A program made the position numbers and the translations under genes. A model generated the notes under the pieces. The model had not been told where the DNA came from, did not search any database, and worked only from the letters and a program-made list of their open reading frames with translations. A stretch of DNA of 63,205 nucleotides, counting the filler, from a bacterium (GTDB lineage: Bacteria; JALSQH01), in assembly GCA_027004335.1 (NCBI GenBank). It is 11 parts of 11 records of this genome, joined end to end, with 100 filler letters (N's around TTAATTAATTAA, not from the genome) between each part and the next. Parts side by side here need not be neighbours in the genome. Positions count along the whole stretch, not along the records: positions 19,229 to 21,397 come from JALTID010000228.1; positions 21,498 to 28,127 come from JALTID010000229.1; positions 28,228 to 34,815 come from JALTID010000230.1; 8 more parts are not named here. One strand, 5' to 3'. This document shows, piece by piece, positions 19,934 through 30,579 of this stretch. Positions within the stretch are counted from its first letter, which is position 1. Each line of letters starts with the position of its first letter.

Positions 19934-21121
19934 ATGAGTAGGAGAAATAGTGTAATTGTAAGTGCTGCAAGGACACCTGTAGGTTCTTTTCTTGGTGGTC
20001 TGAGCACTGTTCCAGCACCTAAATTAGGAGCAGTTGCGATTAAAGAGGCAATAAAAAGAGCTGGATTGGAGCCTGCTGAAATTAACGAAGTAATTATGGG
20101 GAATGTCATCACTGGTGGTATTGGTCAGGCTCCTGCGAGACAGGCAGCAATTTTTGCTGGGCTCCCCGTTACAACTCCCTGTATGACCATTAACAAGGTA
20201 TGCGGTTCGGGGTTAAAAAGTATTATGCTTGCAGAACAGATCATTGCTCTTGGAGATGCAGATATTATTGCTGCAGGTGGCCAGGAGAATATGAGTATTG
20301 CTCCCTATGCTCTCTATAAGGCAAGGAGAGGTTACAGGATGGGAAATGGCGAAATTGTTGATCTTATGATTAAAGATGGTCTCTGGGATGTTTACAATGA
20401 TTTTCATATGGGACAGGCTGCAGATATATGTGCCGAAGAATGTAATATAACTAGAGAAGAACAGGATGAATTTGCTGCAGAAAGTTATAGAAGATCCCTG
20501 AAAGCTACAGAGGAAGGATGGTTTAAGGATGAAATAATTCCTGTTGAAGTCCCGGGACGGAAGGGACAGATAACGGTGGTGGAAGAGGATGAAAGTCCTA
20601 AGCAGGTAAAATTTGATAAAATACCCAATCTTAAACCTGCTTTTACTCCAAATGGTACAGTAACCGCAGCTAATGCGTCTACAATCAATGACGGAGCTGC
20701 CGCTGTAGTTGTAATGGCTGAAGAAATTGCAGAGAAAAGTGGAATCAAGCCGCTTGTTAGAATCATAGCCCATGCTCAGGCTTCCACCGATCCCAAGTAT
20801 TTTACAAAGGCTCCCGTTTATGCTATCCAGAAGGTCCTTGACAAAACCGGGATGAAAGTTGAAGACATTGATCTCTGGGAAATTAACGAGGCTTTTGCGG
20901 TGGTAACCCTTCTTGCTCTTAGAGAACTCAACATTGACTACGCAAAAGTAAATGTTCATGGTGGAGCAGTTTCCATCGGTCATCCAGTAGGGGCCAGTGG
21001 TGCAAGGATATTAACAACTCTTCTTTATGCTCTTAAAAAATACAATAAAAGATTGGGGCTTGCCTCCCTCTGCATCGGCGGAGGTGAAGCAGTAGCGATG
21101 ATCGTTGAGAATCTTCAGTAG
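19934..21121 (+). CDS. Acetyl-CoA C-acetyltransferase (thiolase)
   Basis: NKVCGSG, NEAFA, GHPVGASG and CIGGG motifs. Confidence 0.96.
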   Translation: MSRRNSVIVSAARTPVGSFLGGLSTVPAPKLGAVAIKEAIKRAGLEPAEINEVIMGNVITGGIGQAPARQAAIFAGLPVTTPCMTINKVCGSGLKSIMLAEQIIALGDADIIAAGGQENMSIAPYALYKARRGYRMGNGEIVDLMIKDGLWDVYNDFHMGQAADICAEECNITREEQDEFAAESYRRSLKATEEGWFKDEIIPVEVPGRKGQITVVEEDESPKQVKFDKIPNLKPAFTPNGTVTAANASTINDGAAAVVVMAEEIAEKSGIKPLVRIIAHAQASTDPKYFTKAPVYAIQKVLDKTGMKVEDIDLWEINEAFAVVTLLALRELNIDYAKVNVHGGAVSIGHPVGASGARILTTLLYALKKYNKRLGLASLCIGGGEAVAMIVENLQ

Positions 21122-21126
21122 ATTTT

Positions 21127-21150
21127 AAAGGGGCATATGCCCCTTTTTTT
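21127..21150 (+). terminator. Intrinsic terminator after the thiolase gene
   Basis: AAAGGGGC-ATAT-GCCCCTTT followed by a T run. Confidence 0.85.
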
Positions 21151-21397
21151 CACTTCAATAACTTCATTAATTCTTTGTGAGCGAGGAAGAATTTGGAGAT
21201 TTTTGCCTTGAACTTCAGAGAAGGATCCAGATCAAAAGCTTTTTTAAAGTCACTGATTGCCTTTTTCTTTTCCCCGATCAAATAATATGCCTGGGCTCTA
21301 TTGTACCATGCCTTTGCTTCTCCTGGATTTATTGTTAAAGCCTGGGTTAGGATTGAAACAGCTTTAGGATACTTTCTTTCCCTGATGAGGATTACCC
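21150..21397 (-). CDS. TPR protein, C-terminal fragment (not in ORF track)
   Basis: Manual translation ...YPKAVSILTQALTINPGEAKAWYNRAQAYYLIGEKKKAISDFKKAFDLDP...*. Confidence 0.75.
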
Positions 21398-21497
21398 NNN
21401 NNNNNNNNNNNNNNNNNNNNNNNNNNNNNNNNNNNNNNNNNTTAATTAATTAANNNNNNNNNNNNNNNNNNNNNNNNNNNNNNNNNNNNNNNNNNNN

Positions 21498-21646
21498 ATC
21501 CAAGGTAGATAGAACAAAAAATCATCTATCTGTTTGAGAATTATTTCTTTGTAGTCATAATCAAGTTTGATTTTTGTAGGAGTTACTACATCCATTAAAC
21601 TTTTTAATACTTTTATTGACCACCCGGGTAAATTTTCATATTTCAT
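21498..21646 (-). CDS. Hypothetical protein, N-terminal fragment
   Basis: ATG at 21646 (MKYENLPGW...), open to the contig end; upstream TTGACT-17-TATTAT at 21673-21701 on the minus strand. Confidence 0.45.
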
Positions 21647-21759
21647 ACTTAACCACCTGTTTGTTTGAACTAATAATATCATCTTGATTAAACAAAGTCA
21701 AGTTCCCGCCTTATTCTGGTTAAGAGAGCAATTCCGAAAAGAATGAAAATAGCCCAGAC

Positions 21760-22554
21760 TTATAAAAAAATCTTCAGAAATTTCCCGATTTCCTTTTCAG
21801 TCTTGTAAAAATCACCAAGATTATAGTCTCTTGTATAGCCATGCCAGTCAGAACCAGCAGTTACAAGCAAGTCATGTTCTCTTGCAATTTCTACAAAACT
21901 TTCACTTATCTCATCAGTCATGCCCCTTCTTCCATTGTACGCCTCTATACCTTTTATTCCAGCTTTAAGCATATAATCAAAATGTTTTTCTATCTCCTCA
22001 GGTACAGGATGAGCCCACACAGGAATTCCGCCACCCTTTAAAATTTCTGAAACAGCTCCTTCGGGAGTAACACTTATGGGTACAGAAAAGTCCTTCAAAT
22101 ATTTCTCAAAAACCTCCGAAGGAGTTGCACCGTAGCCATTTTCCATAAGATAAAAAACAAGGTGGCCCCTTGTATAGGTAGTGGCACCAAACCTTTCAAA
22201 AAGCTTTTCAACAGTAACATCTACACCAAATTTTTGTAATTCTGACACTATCTCCTTAATTCTTCCCAGTCTTTCATGTTGAATGCTCTTAAGAAATTCT
22301 TTAAAATCTTCATCAAACTTTTTAAAATAACCCAGAATATGGATCTCATCAGGACCCCGGTAACTTGTTACCTCAACAGCTCTTATTATCTTAAGAGGAG
22401 TATTAAAACCCTGTGCTTTTTCATTTGCTTCCACACAATCATGATCAGCAATGGCAATCACATCAAGTCCACCAATTTCTGCTTTTTTAACCACTTCCTC
22501 AGGTGGATAGATCCCATCAGAGCAATTTGTATGCATGTGAAGGTCAACCTTCAT
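21760..22554 (-). CDS. PHP-domain phosphoesterase (TrpH-like)
   Basis: DLHMHTNCSDG, ADHD, HILGY, WAHP and GSDWHG motifs. Confidence 0.9.
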   Translation of the reverse strand: MKVDLHMHTNCSDGIYPPEEVVKKAEIGGLDVIAIADHDCVEANEKAQGFNTPLKIIRAVEVTSYRGPDEIHILGYFKKFDEDFKEFLKSIQHERLGRIKEIVSELQKFGVDVTVEKLFERFGATTYTRGHLVFYLMENGYGATPSEVFEKYLKDFSVPISVTPEGAVSEILKGGGIPVWAHPVPEEIEKHFDYMLKAGIKGIEAYNGRRGMTDEISESFVEIAREHDLLVTAGSDWHGYTRDYNLGDFYKTEKEIGKFLKIFL

Positions 22555-22630
22555 ATCTAACCTCCGAATAAATAAATTAAGGGAAAAGTTTAGCAGAAAT
22601 TAAAGTGTAGTCAAGACTTATATCTTCCTT

Positions 22631-22658
22631 TTGAAAACCAAATCTTCTCTGATATAAT
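22631..22658 (+). promoter_or_regulatory. Sigma70 promoter of the purL operon
   Basis: TTGAAA-16 bp-TATAAT with extended -10 TG; AGGAG RBS downstream. Confidence 0.7.
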
Positions 22659-22681
22659 TACACCTTACACAGGAGAAAATT

Positions 22682-24898
22682 ATGAAAAAAAAACCTGAAG
22701 TTTCTGTTGAATTAGCTAAAAAACTGGGACTGAAAGAGGATGAATATGAGAGGATATTTAAAATACTTGGAAGAAAACCTGGATACACAGAATTGGGAAT
22801 TTTTGCAGGACTATGGTCAGAGCATTGTAGTTACAAGAGCTCTAAAAAATTTCTGAAAAGATTCCCCACCAAAGGTCCTCAGGTTATTCAGGGACCGGGA
22901 GAAAATGCGGGGGTCGTGGATATTGGAGATGGTCTGGCTGTAGTTTTTAAAATGGAAAGTCACAATCATCCATCATATATTGAACCATACCAGGGAGCAG
23001 CCACAGGAGTTGGTGGTATACTCAGAGATGTTTTCACAATGGGGGCAAGACCAATTGCAAATATGGACTCACTCCATTTTGGAGAAATCGGGTTTCCCAG
23101 AATGAAATATCTGGTGGAAGGTGTTGTTGAGGGGATCGGGGACTATGGCAACTGTGTTGGTGTTCCCACAGTAGCCGGAGAAACATATTTTGAAAAGGGG
23201 TACAACTATAATATACTGGTCAATGCCTTCACCCTTGGCATAGCGAATAAAGATAAGATCTTTTACGGAAGAGCTGTGGGACCTGGAAATAAAGTGTTTT
23301 ATGTAGGGTCAAGAACAGGGAGAGATGGGATTCATGGTGCAACTATGGCATCAGAAGAGTTCTCAGAAGACACAGAGGAGAAAAAACCCACAGTACAGGT
23401 GGGTGATCCCTTCATGGAAAAACTCCTCCTTGAGGCATGCCTGAAAGTAATGGATAAAAATCTGATAGTGGGAATTCAGGATATGGGGGCTGCTGGACTA
23501 ACCTCAAGTTCCTTTGAAATGGCAGGGAGAGCTGGCACTGGTATGATACTAAATCTAGACAAAGTGCCTACAAGAGAAGAGGGAATGACTTCTTATGAGA
23601 TCATGCTCTCAGAATCACAGGAGAGAATGCTACTGGTGGTAAAGAAAGGTCATGAAGAGGAGGTAAAAAAGATCTTTCAAAAGTGGGATCTTCAGGCAGT
23701 GGAAATAGGAGAAATTATAGAAGAACCAGTAATGGTGGGATATTTCCATGGAGAAAAAGTTTTTGAACTGCCGGTTCATCCTCTTACAGAAGAAGCTCCT
23801 GTATATGACAGACCAAGAAAAGTTCCAGATTATATAAAAGAGGTCCATTCATTTGATGAAAATTCTCTTCCCCTCCCTGATGACCTAACTGAGACCATAG
23901 AAGAACTACTTGTAAGACCAAACATCGCTAGTAAAAGATGGATATACAGACAGTACGATCATATGGTCCAGATTAATACCGTTATAAGGCCAGGAGGAGA
24001 TGCGGCACTTCTAAGAATAAAAGGGACCAATAAATTTCTTGGTCTTGTGGTTGAAAGCAATGGGAGATATACATATCTTGACCCTCTTGAGGGAAGTAAG
24101 TGGATTATGGCAGAAGCTGCTATAAATCTTGCAACAATTGGGACCAGACCTCTTGCAATCACAGATTGTCTTAATTTTGGAAATCCGGAAAAACCTGAAA
24201 TTATGTGGCAGTTTGAGCAATCAGTAGAGGGACTAAGCCTGGCATGTGAGATTCTCAAGACACCGGTGGTAAGTGGGAATGTAAGTTTCTATAACGAAAC
24301 AAATGGGAAACCCATACTGCCCACCCCTGCAGTGGGAATGGTGGGTCTGGCAGAAGGAATAAAAAAAATACCTTCAAATTTCTTTACCTCAGGAGATAAT
24401 CTGATCTACCTCGTTGGTGATTCTCCTCTCTCACTTGCAGGTAGCGAATATCTTAAAATGAAAAAAGGAAGTATTATTGGAAAGTTACCCTCCATTAATC
24501 TTGAATATATTGCAAATCTTGTGGAACTTCTGCTAAGTTTATGGTGGGAAGGAAACATAGAATCCGCTCACGATGTTTCAGAGGGGGGAGTGGCTGTGGC
24601 GCTCTTAGAGATGTCAATGGGAAGCAGAGGCAAAATTGGGTTCAACATTAAATTACCAGGTGGTAACGAGAGAATAGACAGAATTCTCTTCTCAGAAACA
24701 CCGGGAAGAGTTTTAATAGAAGTAAAGGAAAAAAATAGAGAAAATTTTGAAAAAGCAGTAAGAGAGAAGAACATACCCATTTACTACTTAGGAAAAACTA
24801 CTAATGAAAAAGGTATCATAGATGCTCAACTAATTATTAACACTGTTGAATTATTTAAAAAATGGGATAATTTTCTGGAAGAATCTTTAAGACAATAA
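22682..24898 (+). CDS. purL: Phosphoribosylformylglycinamidine synthase subunit PurL (small type)
   Basis: [24 protein letters not shown] and LSESQERM motifs. Confidence 0.97.
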   Translation: MKKKPEVSVELAKKLGLKEDEYERIFKILGRKPGYTELGIFAGLWSEHCSYKSSKKFLKRFPTKGPQVIQGPGENAGVVDIGDGLAVVFKMESHNHPSYIEPYQGAATGVGGILRDVFTMGARPIANMDSLHFGEIGFPRMKYLVEGVVEGIGDYGNCVGVPTVAGETYFEKGYNYNILVNAFTLGIANKDKIFYGRAVGPGNKVFYVGSRTGRDGIHGATMASEEFSEDTEEKKPTVQVGDPFMEKLLLEACLKVMDKNLIVGIQDMGAAGLTSSSFEMAGRAGTGMILNLDKVPTREEGMTSYEIMLSESQERMLLVVKKGHEEEVKKIFQKWDLQAVEIGEIIEEPVMVGYFHGEKVFELPVHPLTEEAPVYDRPRKVPDYIKEVHSFDENSLPLPDDLTETIEELLVRPNIASKRWIYRQYDHMVQINTVIRPGGDAALLRIKGTNKFLGLVVESNGRYTYLDPLEGSKWIMAEAAINLATIGTRPLAITDCLNFGNPEKPEIMWQFEQSVEGLSLACEILKTPVVSGNVSFYNETNGKPILPTPAVGMVGLAEGIKKIPSNFFTSGDNLIYLVGDSPLSLAGSEYLKMKKGSIIGKLPSINLEYIANLVELLLSLWWEGNIESAHDVSEGGVAVALLEMSMGSRGKIGFNIKLPGGNERIDRILFSETPGRVLIEVKEKNRENFEKAVREKNIPIYYLGKTTNEKGIIDAQLIINTVELFKKWDNFLEESLRQ

Positions 24899-24910
24899 AA
24901 GGGGGTAAAT

Positions 24911-26335
24911 TTGCCCTTAAGAGATGAATGTGGCGTAATTGCCTTCTATAATATGCCAGAAGCCTCCAACCTTGCATATTATGGTCTATTTGCTCTCCAG
25001 CACAGAGGTCAGGAGAGTGCCGGGATTGTATCAATGGAAAGCGAAACAGGAAAAACCTATACCTACAGACACATGGGCATGGTAACAGAGGTTTTTACAA
25101 AAAACATCCTCCGTAGATTACCCGGTGATATGGCAATCGGACATGTTAGATATTCAACACATGGAGCTTCTGCTGCAAGAAATATTCAACCACTGGTTGT
25201 GGAATATGAATGGGGAACCTTTGCAGTGGCACACAATGGAAATTTAGTAAATGCAGACAGACTGAGAAAGCAGCTCCAGAAAGATGGTGCTATTTTCCAC
25301 ACCACAGTTGACACTGAGGTTCTGCTTCATCTGATAGCCATGGATGATTCTGAACTCATAGAAGCTAAAATCGTTAACTCAATTGATAAACTTCAGGGAG
25401 CCTTTTCAATGGTAATGCTTACCCCTCAGTATCTTGTGGCAGCAAGAGATACCAGAGGGTTCAGACCACTTGTCCTTGGAAAATTGGGTGATGGATATGT
25501 GGTTGCGTCAGAAACATGCGCCTTTGATCTTATAGATGCTACTTATATTCGGGACATTGAACCTGGAGAGGTCCTTTTCATAGGGAAAGAAGGGATCTTT
25601 AGTAAGTATCTATCAGGGCGGGGAGAAAAAGCATCCTGCGTTTTTGAACTGATCTATTTTGCCAGACCTGACAGCGTAATTTACGATGGTGTATCAGTAT
25701 ACGAAATAAGAAAAAAGTTAGGTGAAAAGCTTGCAGAGGAACAGTATGTTGAAGCTGATCTTGTAATTCCCGTTCCCGATTCAGGGGTACCTGCCGCCAT
25801 AGGATATTCCCAGAGATCAGGTATTCCGTTTGAAATGGGGCTAATAAGAAATCATTATATAGGAAGAACCTTTATCCAGCCCCTTCAGAGCCAAAGGGAT
25901 CTGGGGGTAAAACTAAAATTGAACCCGGTAAAAGGTCTTTTAAGAGATAAAAGAGTGGTTGTCATTGATGACTCAATAGTAAGAGGAACTACAAGCAAGA
26001 AAATCATCAGAATGCTCCGAGAAGCAGGGGCAAAAGAAATTCACCTCAGGATCAGTTCCCCGCCGGTTACTCATCCCTGTTATTACGGGATTGATACACC
26101 TGCCCAGAAGGAGTTAATTGCTTCACAGAAATCAAGTTCAATTGAAGAAATAAGAAAAGATCTTGAAGCAGATACTCTGGGTTATCTGAGCATTGATGGA
26201 TTAAGGGAGGTGGTTGGATCATCAGACAACTTCTGCTATGCATGTTTTACAGGTGATTACCCTGTAGATCCCAGAGGTGTAGAAAGATCTCCGCAGATGT
26301 CACTTTTTGAAGTAAGCAGAGAGGAGGAGAAATAA
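24911..26335 (+). CDS. purF: Amidophosphoribosyltransferase
   Basis: ECG propeptide site; LQHRGQE, GHVRYST and DDSIVRGTT motifs. Confidence 0.97.
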   Translation: MPLRDECGVIAFYNMPEASNLAYYGLFALQHRGQESAGIVSMESETGKTYTYRHMGMVTEVFTKNILRRLPGDMAIGHVRYSTHGASAARNIQPLVVEYEWGTFAVAHNGNLVNADRLRKQLQKDGAIFHTTVDTEVLLHLIAMDDSELIEAKIVNSIDKLQGAFSMVMLTPQYLVAARDTRGFRPLVLGKLGDGYVVASETCAFDLIDATYIRDIEPGEVLFIGKEGIFSKYLSGRGEKASCVFELIYFARPDSVIYDGVSVYEIRKKLGEKLAEEQYVEADLVIPVPDSGVPAAIGYSQRSGIPFEMGLIRNHYIGRTFIQPLQSQRDLGVKLKLNPVKGLLRDKRVVVIDDSIVRGTTSKKIIRMLREAGAKEIHLRISSPPVTHPCYYGIDTPAQKELIASQKSSSIEEIRKDLEADTLGYLSIDGLREVVGSSDNFCYACFTGDYPVDPRGVERSPQMSLFEVSREEEK

Positions 26336-26898
26336 TGACACTAAAAGAGATGAGAGAAAAGCTAAAACAGATAATCATGGAAAAATCGTATGAGGAAAGA
26401 GAGGTAATTCTTGCATCTGGCAGAAAAAGCAATTTCTATTTTGATAGTAAACACACCACTCTCCATCCAGAAGGAAGTTATCTGGTGGGAAAGCTTTTCT
26501 TTGAAGAAATAAAAAAGTTTAATCAAGAAGTAAAAGGAGTTGGTGGTCTTACTCTCGGTGCCGACCCCATTGCAACGGCGGTATCACTGATCAGTTACCT
26601 GGAAGGTCAACCAATTCCTGCATTTATTGTAAGAAAAGAACCTAAAACACACGGAATTTCGCAGTGGATAGAGGGATGGAAGAATCTGGAAACAGGTGTC
26701 CCAGTAATTATAGTGGAAGATGTGGTAACCACAGGTGGTTCAAGTTTAAAAGCAGCTAAAAGAGTAAAAGAAGCTGGTTATAGTATTGTGGGAATAGTAG
26801 CCCTTGTGGACAGAGAAGAAGGTGGCAGAGAGAAGATTGAGGCGGAAGGCTACACTCTTAGATCAATTTTTACTAAATCTGAGCTCCTCAATAAATGA
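26335..26898 (+). CDS. pyrE: Orotate phosphoribosyltransferase
   Basis: LASGRKS, VRKEPK and VEDVVTTGGS motifs. Confidence 0.95.
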   Translation: MTLKEMREKLKQIIMEKSYEEREVILASGRKSNFYFDSKHTTLHPEGSYLVGKLFFEEIKKFNQEVKGVGGLTLGADPIATAVSLISYLEGQPIPAFIVRKEPKTHGISQWIEGWKNLETGVPVIIVEDVVTTGGSSLKAAKRVKEAGYSIVGIVALVDREEGGREKIEAEGYTLRSIFTKSELLNK

Positions 26899-28127
26899 AA
26901 TTCAATGAAATAAATATCATCGGAGCAGGTCTTGCAGGTAGCGAAGCTGCATGGTACCTTGCTAAGAAAGGCATCCCGGTAATACTGTATGAAATGAGAC
27001 CATTAAAAACCACTCCTGCCCATAAAACTGAATATCTTGCAGAACTTGTATGTAGTAATTCCTTCAGGTCTGATTCAGAAATATCGGCACCTGGTATTCT
27101 CAAAAGAGAAATGAGAATGATGAACTCCATAGTTATGGAAGCTGCTGATAGGTATAAGGTGCCTGCTGGACAATCCCTTGCAGTTGATAGAGAAAAATAC
27201 TCCAGAGAGATAACAGAAAAATTATCTTCTCTGAAAAATGTTAGAATAGTAAGAGAGGAAGTGACAAAGGTCCCTGATCCTCCTGTGATAATTGCCACCG
27301 GTCCCCTCACCTCAGATGCACTTGTAAAGGAGATAGGAAAACTTATCAGCGATGAATTCCTCTATTTTTACGATGCCATTGCTCCAATTGTGGAAGCTGA
27401 ATCCATTGATTGGAAGAGGACTTTCTGGGGAAGCAGGTATGGGAAAGGAGGTGAAAAAGATTACCTGAATTGTCCCATGACAGAGGATGAATATAAAAAA
27501 TTTGTCAGGGAACTCATTAAAGCTGAAAAAGTACCATACCATGACTTTGAAAAGAGGAAACATTTTGAAGGTTGTCTCCCCATTGAAGAAATGGCTGAAA
27601 GAGGAATAGAAGTTCTATCTCATGGCCCAATGAAACCCGTAGGACTTACTGATCCTGAAACAGGCAAAAGACCCTATGCTGTGGTACAACTTAGAAGAGA
27701 AAACAAAGAAGGAACAGCATTTAACCTTGTGGGATTTCAAACCAAGTTAACCTACAGAGAGCAGGAAAGAATCTTCAGGATGATCCCATGTCTTAACCAT
27801 GCAGAATTCCTTAGGTATGGAAGTATGCACAGAAACACCTATATAAATGCTCCCCTGATCCTTGACACCTTCCTGAGAATAAAGAATAGCGACATCTTCC
27901 TTGCGGGACAAATTACAGGAGTGGAGGGTTACATTGAATCAGCCACCACCGGTATAATCTCAGGATATTACCTTAAGCAACTCTATGTCGACAATAAAAT
28001 TCCTCTGGTACTCCCTGACACTACTGCCACAGGTGCACTTTTAAAACATCTGAGATCACCTACTCCAAATTTCCAACCAAGTAACATAAATTTCAGTCTA
28101 TTTGCACCACTTGAGAAAAAAATCAAA
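26895..28127 (+). CDS. trmFO: tRNA m5U54 methyltransferase TrmFO (3' truncated)
   Basis: GAGLAGSEAA, ELVCSNS, FEGCLPIE and MHRNTY motifs. Confidence 0.95.
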
Positions 28128-28227
28128 NNNNNNNNNNNNNNNNNNNNNNNNNNNNNNNNNNNNNNNNNNNNTTAATTAATTAANNNNNNNNNNNNNNNNN
28201 NNNNNNNNNNNNNNNNNNNNNNNNNNN

Positions 28228-28394
28228 CCGACTCCATTCCAGATATCTTCTGGGTTATGTTCTACCCACCCTGGCTGTGGGTATATTTGAGGAAATTCTT
28301 TGTTAACTTTTGCTAGTAACTTTAGATCATCGCTTAGGATCAAAGCGGTATTTCCAGTCGTCCCCTGATCAATAGCAAGAAGAAACTTCCCCAT
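28228..28394 (-). CDS. glpK: Glycerol kinase, N-terminal fragment
   Basis: LAIDQGTT...EFPQIYPQPGWVEHNP. Confidence 0.85.
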
Positions 28395-28508
28395 TTTTTC
28401 TACCTCCTGAATAATTTTTTCATAATTTTACCATATTGTGATAAAGATGAGTAATTCTTGCCTTTAACCTTCTTAGGGGTATAATTTTTAGTTACATGGA
28501 GGTAGATT

Positions 28509-29066
28509 ATGATCATTGGTAAAAAGCTCTTTTTAGCCAGAGGGATAGGGAGACATAAGGAAAAACTTGGTAGCTTTGAAATGGCTCTAAGGGATGCCGG
28601 GATCGCCCCATATAATTTAGTTGAGGTTTCTTCAATAATACCCCCGGGGTGTGAGATTGTGTCCAGAGAGGAGGGTTTAAAATACCTTCGTCCGGGAGAA
28701 ATAACCTTCTGTATCCTTGCAAAGCAACAGTCCAATGAACCAGGGAGATTGATAGCAGCCTCTGTGGGTCTTGCTATTCCTGCAGATAAAAATATGTATG
28801 GATATCTCTCTGAGCATCATGCTTATGGAGAAACTGAGGAGATAGCGGGAGATTATGCTGAGGATCTTGCTGTGGATATGCTTGCCTCAACAATGGGGCT
28901 GGAAATAGATCTTGATAAAGCATGGGATGAGCAGAAGCAGATCTGGAAAGTCTCAGGTTATATAGTTCAAACCAGAAGTATCACAGCAGCTACAGTGGTT
29001 TCTCCTGATGGAATGTGGACAACAGTTGTGGCCGCTGCAGTATTTACCGACTATGAATGCAGGTGA
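28509..29066 (+). CDS. pdaD: Pyruvoyl-dependent arginine decarboxylase
   Basis: SFEMALRDAGIAPYNLVEVSSIIPP (Ser-Ser cleavage site), GYLSEHH, WTTVVAAAV. Confidence 0.9.
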   Translation: MIIGKKLFLARGIGRHKEKLGSFEMALRDAGIAPYNLVEVSSIIPPGCEIVSREEGLKYLRPGEITFCILAKQQSNEPGRLIAASVGLAIPADKNMYGYLSEHHAYGETEEIAGDYAEDLAVDMLASTMGLEIDLDKAWDEQKQIWKVSGYIVQTRSITAATVVSPDGMWTTVVAAAVFTDYECR

Positions 29067-29069
29067 TTT

Positions 29070-29648
29070 TTATAGATACCCTATTCCAATAAGCCATGGA
29101 AAAGATCCCAGAACCTCGAATTTTTTGAAGCCTGATCCCATGAATTTTCTAAATTTTTTACCAGTGAATTGCTGTATATGCTCTGGATGGTTGCCTAAGT
29201 GTGTTAAATATTTACCCCTGAAAAAATTTCCCAGCCTGAAATAGGGTTCGTGGGGGACACTGATGATTATTTCTTTCCCTGCTACTCTCTTTAACTCATT
29301 TAAGGCTTTTTCTGGTTCTTCAAGATGTTCAAGAACTTCCAGTGAGAGAACTAAATCAAAGGAATTATTTTTAAATGGAAGGTGGAATATGTCTCCACAT
29401 AAAAAGTGTGTTCCTTCCCAGTGTTCATCTGCCCATTTTATAGCGTCACATGAAATATCTATACCTACCTTGAGACCTGATTCAAGCTGAGAAATAATAA
29501 ATCCCTCACCGCATCCTGCCTCAAGGATTGATTCAGGTGAGAAGTTTGATATTTTTTCAAGAACCTCTTTCTGGAACTTCTCCACCAGATGTTTTACCAG
29601 CGGATTCCTGGTCTGGTATTTCCCCAGATTGCTTGAGGTATATTCCAT
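29070..29648 (-). CDS. Class I SAM-dependent methyltransferase
   Basis: ILEAGCGEG, LPF..NSFDLV and EVLEHL motifs. Confidence 0.85.
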   Translation of the reverse strand: MEYTSSNLGKYQTRNPLVKHLVEKFQKEVLEKISNFSPESILEAGCGEGFIISQLESGLKVGIDISCDAIKWADEHWEGTHFLCGDIFHLPFKNNSFDLVLSLEVLEHLEEPEKALNELKRVAGKEIIISVPHEPYFRLGNFFRGKYLTHLGNHPEHIQQFTGKKFRKFMGSGFKKFEVLGSFPWLIGIGYL

Positions 29649-30573
29649 CTATTTCCTCCAGGGGATAAAAAACTCGTTCAGTGTGAAACCACCCAGATAC
29701 GATCATATCTGCAATAAAACCAGTTGAAAAAAATTGAATTCCCACAATTACAAGGAGGATCCCAAGGAAAAATAAAGGCCTGTTCCCGATGGGTCTTACT
29801 CCTCCCACCCAGAGAACAGAGAGATATAGTAGAATAATCGTGCCTAAAAGAGAAAACAGTAACCCTATTCCCCCGAAAAGATGAAGAGGTCTGTATTTAA
29901 AACGGGTCAAGAAAAGAACAGTGAGAAAATCAAAGAAGCCTTTAAAAAATCTTTCCCAGCCAAATTTTGATCTACCATATTTTCTCGGATGGTGCTTCAC
30001 AGGGACTTCAGTTACACTAAATCCGTTCCATGCTGCGAGAACAGGAATAAATCTGTGTAGTTCGCCATAGATTTTTAAATTTTTAACAACCTCTCTTCGA
30101 TATACTTTGAACCCGCAGTTCATGTCGTGAAGTTTAACCTTTGTTGTCCATCTAACTGTTGCATTAAAGATCTTTGATGGGAGAGTCTTGGATATAGGGT
30201 CCTGTCTCTTCTCCTTCCAGCAGGAAACTAAATCATACCTCTCTTCAAGCTTTGCAAGGAGTTTGGGAATTTCCGCCGGGTCATCCTGCAGATCTGCATC
30301 CATTGTGATGATGATTTCTCCATTTGCATGGTCAAACCCTGCCTGAAGGGCTGCTGATTTGCCTGAATTTTTTCTAAATCTTATGTATGTTAAAAAAGGA
30401 TATTTTTCCAGAGAAGCTTTGATCCATTCTCTTGTGCCATCTGTACTTCCATCATCCACCAGAATAACTTCATATTTCTCATTGAACGAGTTCATTATTT
30501 CTTTTATACTGGAAAGTAATTCCGGAAGATTTTCTTTTTCATTGTATGCAGGTACCACAATGGAGTATTTCAT
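29557..30573 (-). CDS. GT2 polyprenyl-phosphate glycosyltransferase (ArnC/DPM1-like)
   Basis: VVPAYNE, VDDGSTD, MDADLQD and ELHRFIP motifs; two C-terminal TMs. Confidence 0.9.
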   Translation of the reverse strand: MKYSIVVPAYNEKENLPELLSSIKEIMNSFNEKYEVILVDDGSTDGTREWIKASLEKYPFLTYIRFRKNSGKSAALQAGFDHANGEIIITMDADLQDDPAEIPKLLAKLEERYDLVSCWKEKRQDPISKTLPSKIFNATVRWTTKVKLHDMNCGFKVYRREVVKNLKIYGELHRFIPVLAAWNGFSVTEVPVKHHPRKYGRSKFGWERFFKGFFDFLTVLFLTRFKYRPLHLFGGIGLLFSLLGTIILLYLSVLWVGGVRPIGNRPLFFLGILLVIVGIQFFSTGFIADMIVSGWFHTERVFYPLEEIDGIYLKQSGEIPDQESAGKTSGGEVPERGS

Positions 30574-30579
30574 ATCTTT

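Noticed and set aside
20213-20983. Long antisense ORFs (256 aa here; also 2840-3391, 12090-12611, 39430-39921, 53725-54405)
   Set aside because: They lie opposite well-conserved genes and show no motifs.
22682-26335. purL without adjacent purS/purQ
   Set aside because: Split pur clusters are common.
28509-29066. Archaeal-type pyruvoyl arginine decarboxylase as a sign of HGT
   Set aside because: The family is widespread in bacteria and nothing in the sequence indicates recent transfer.
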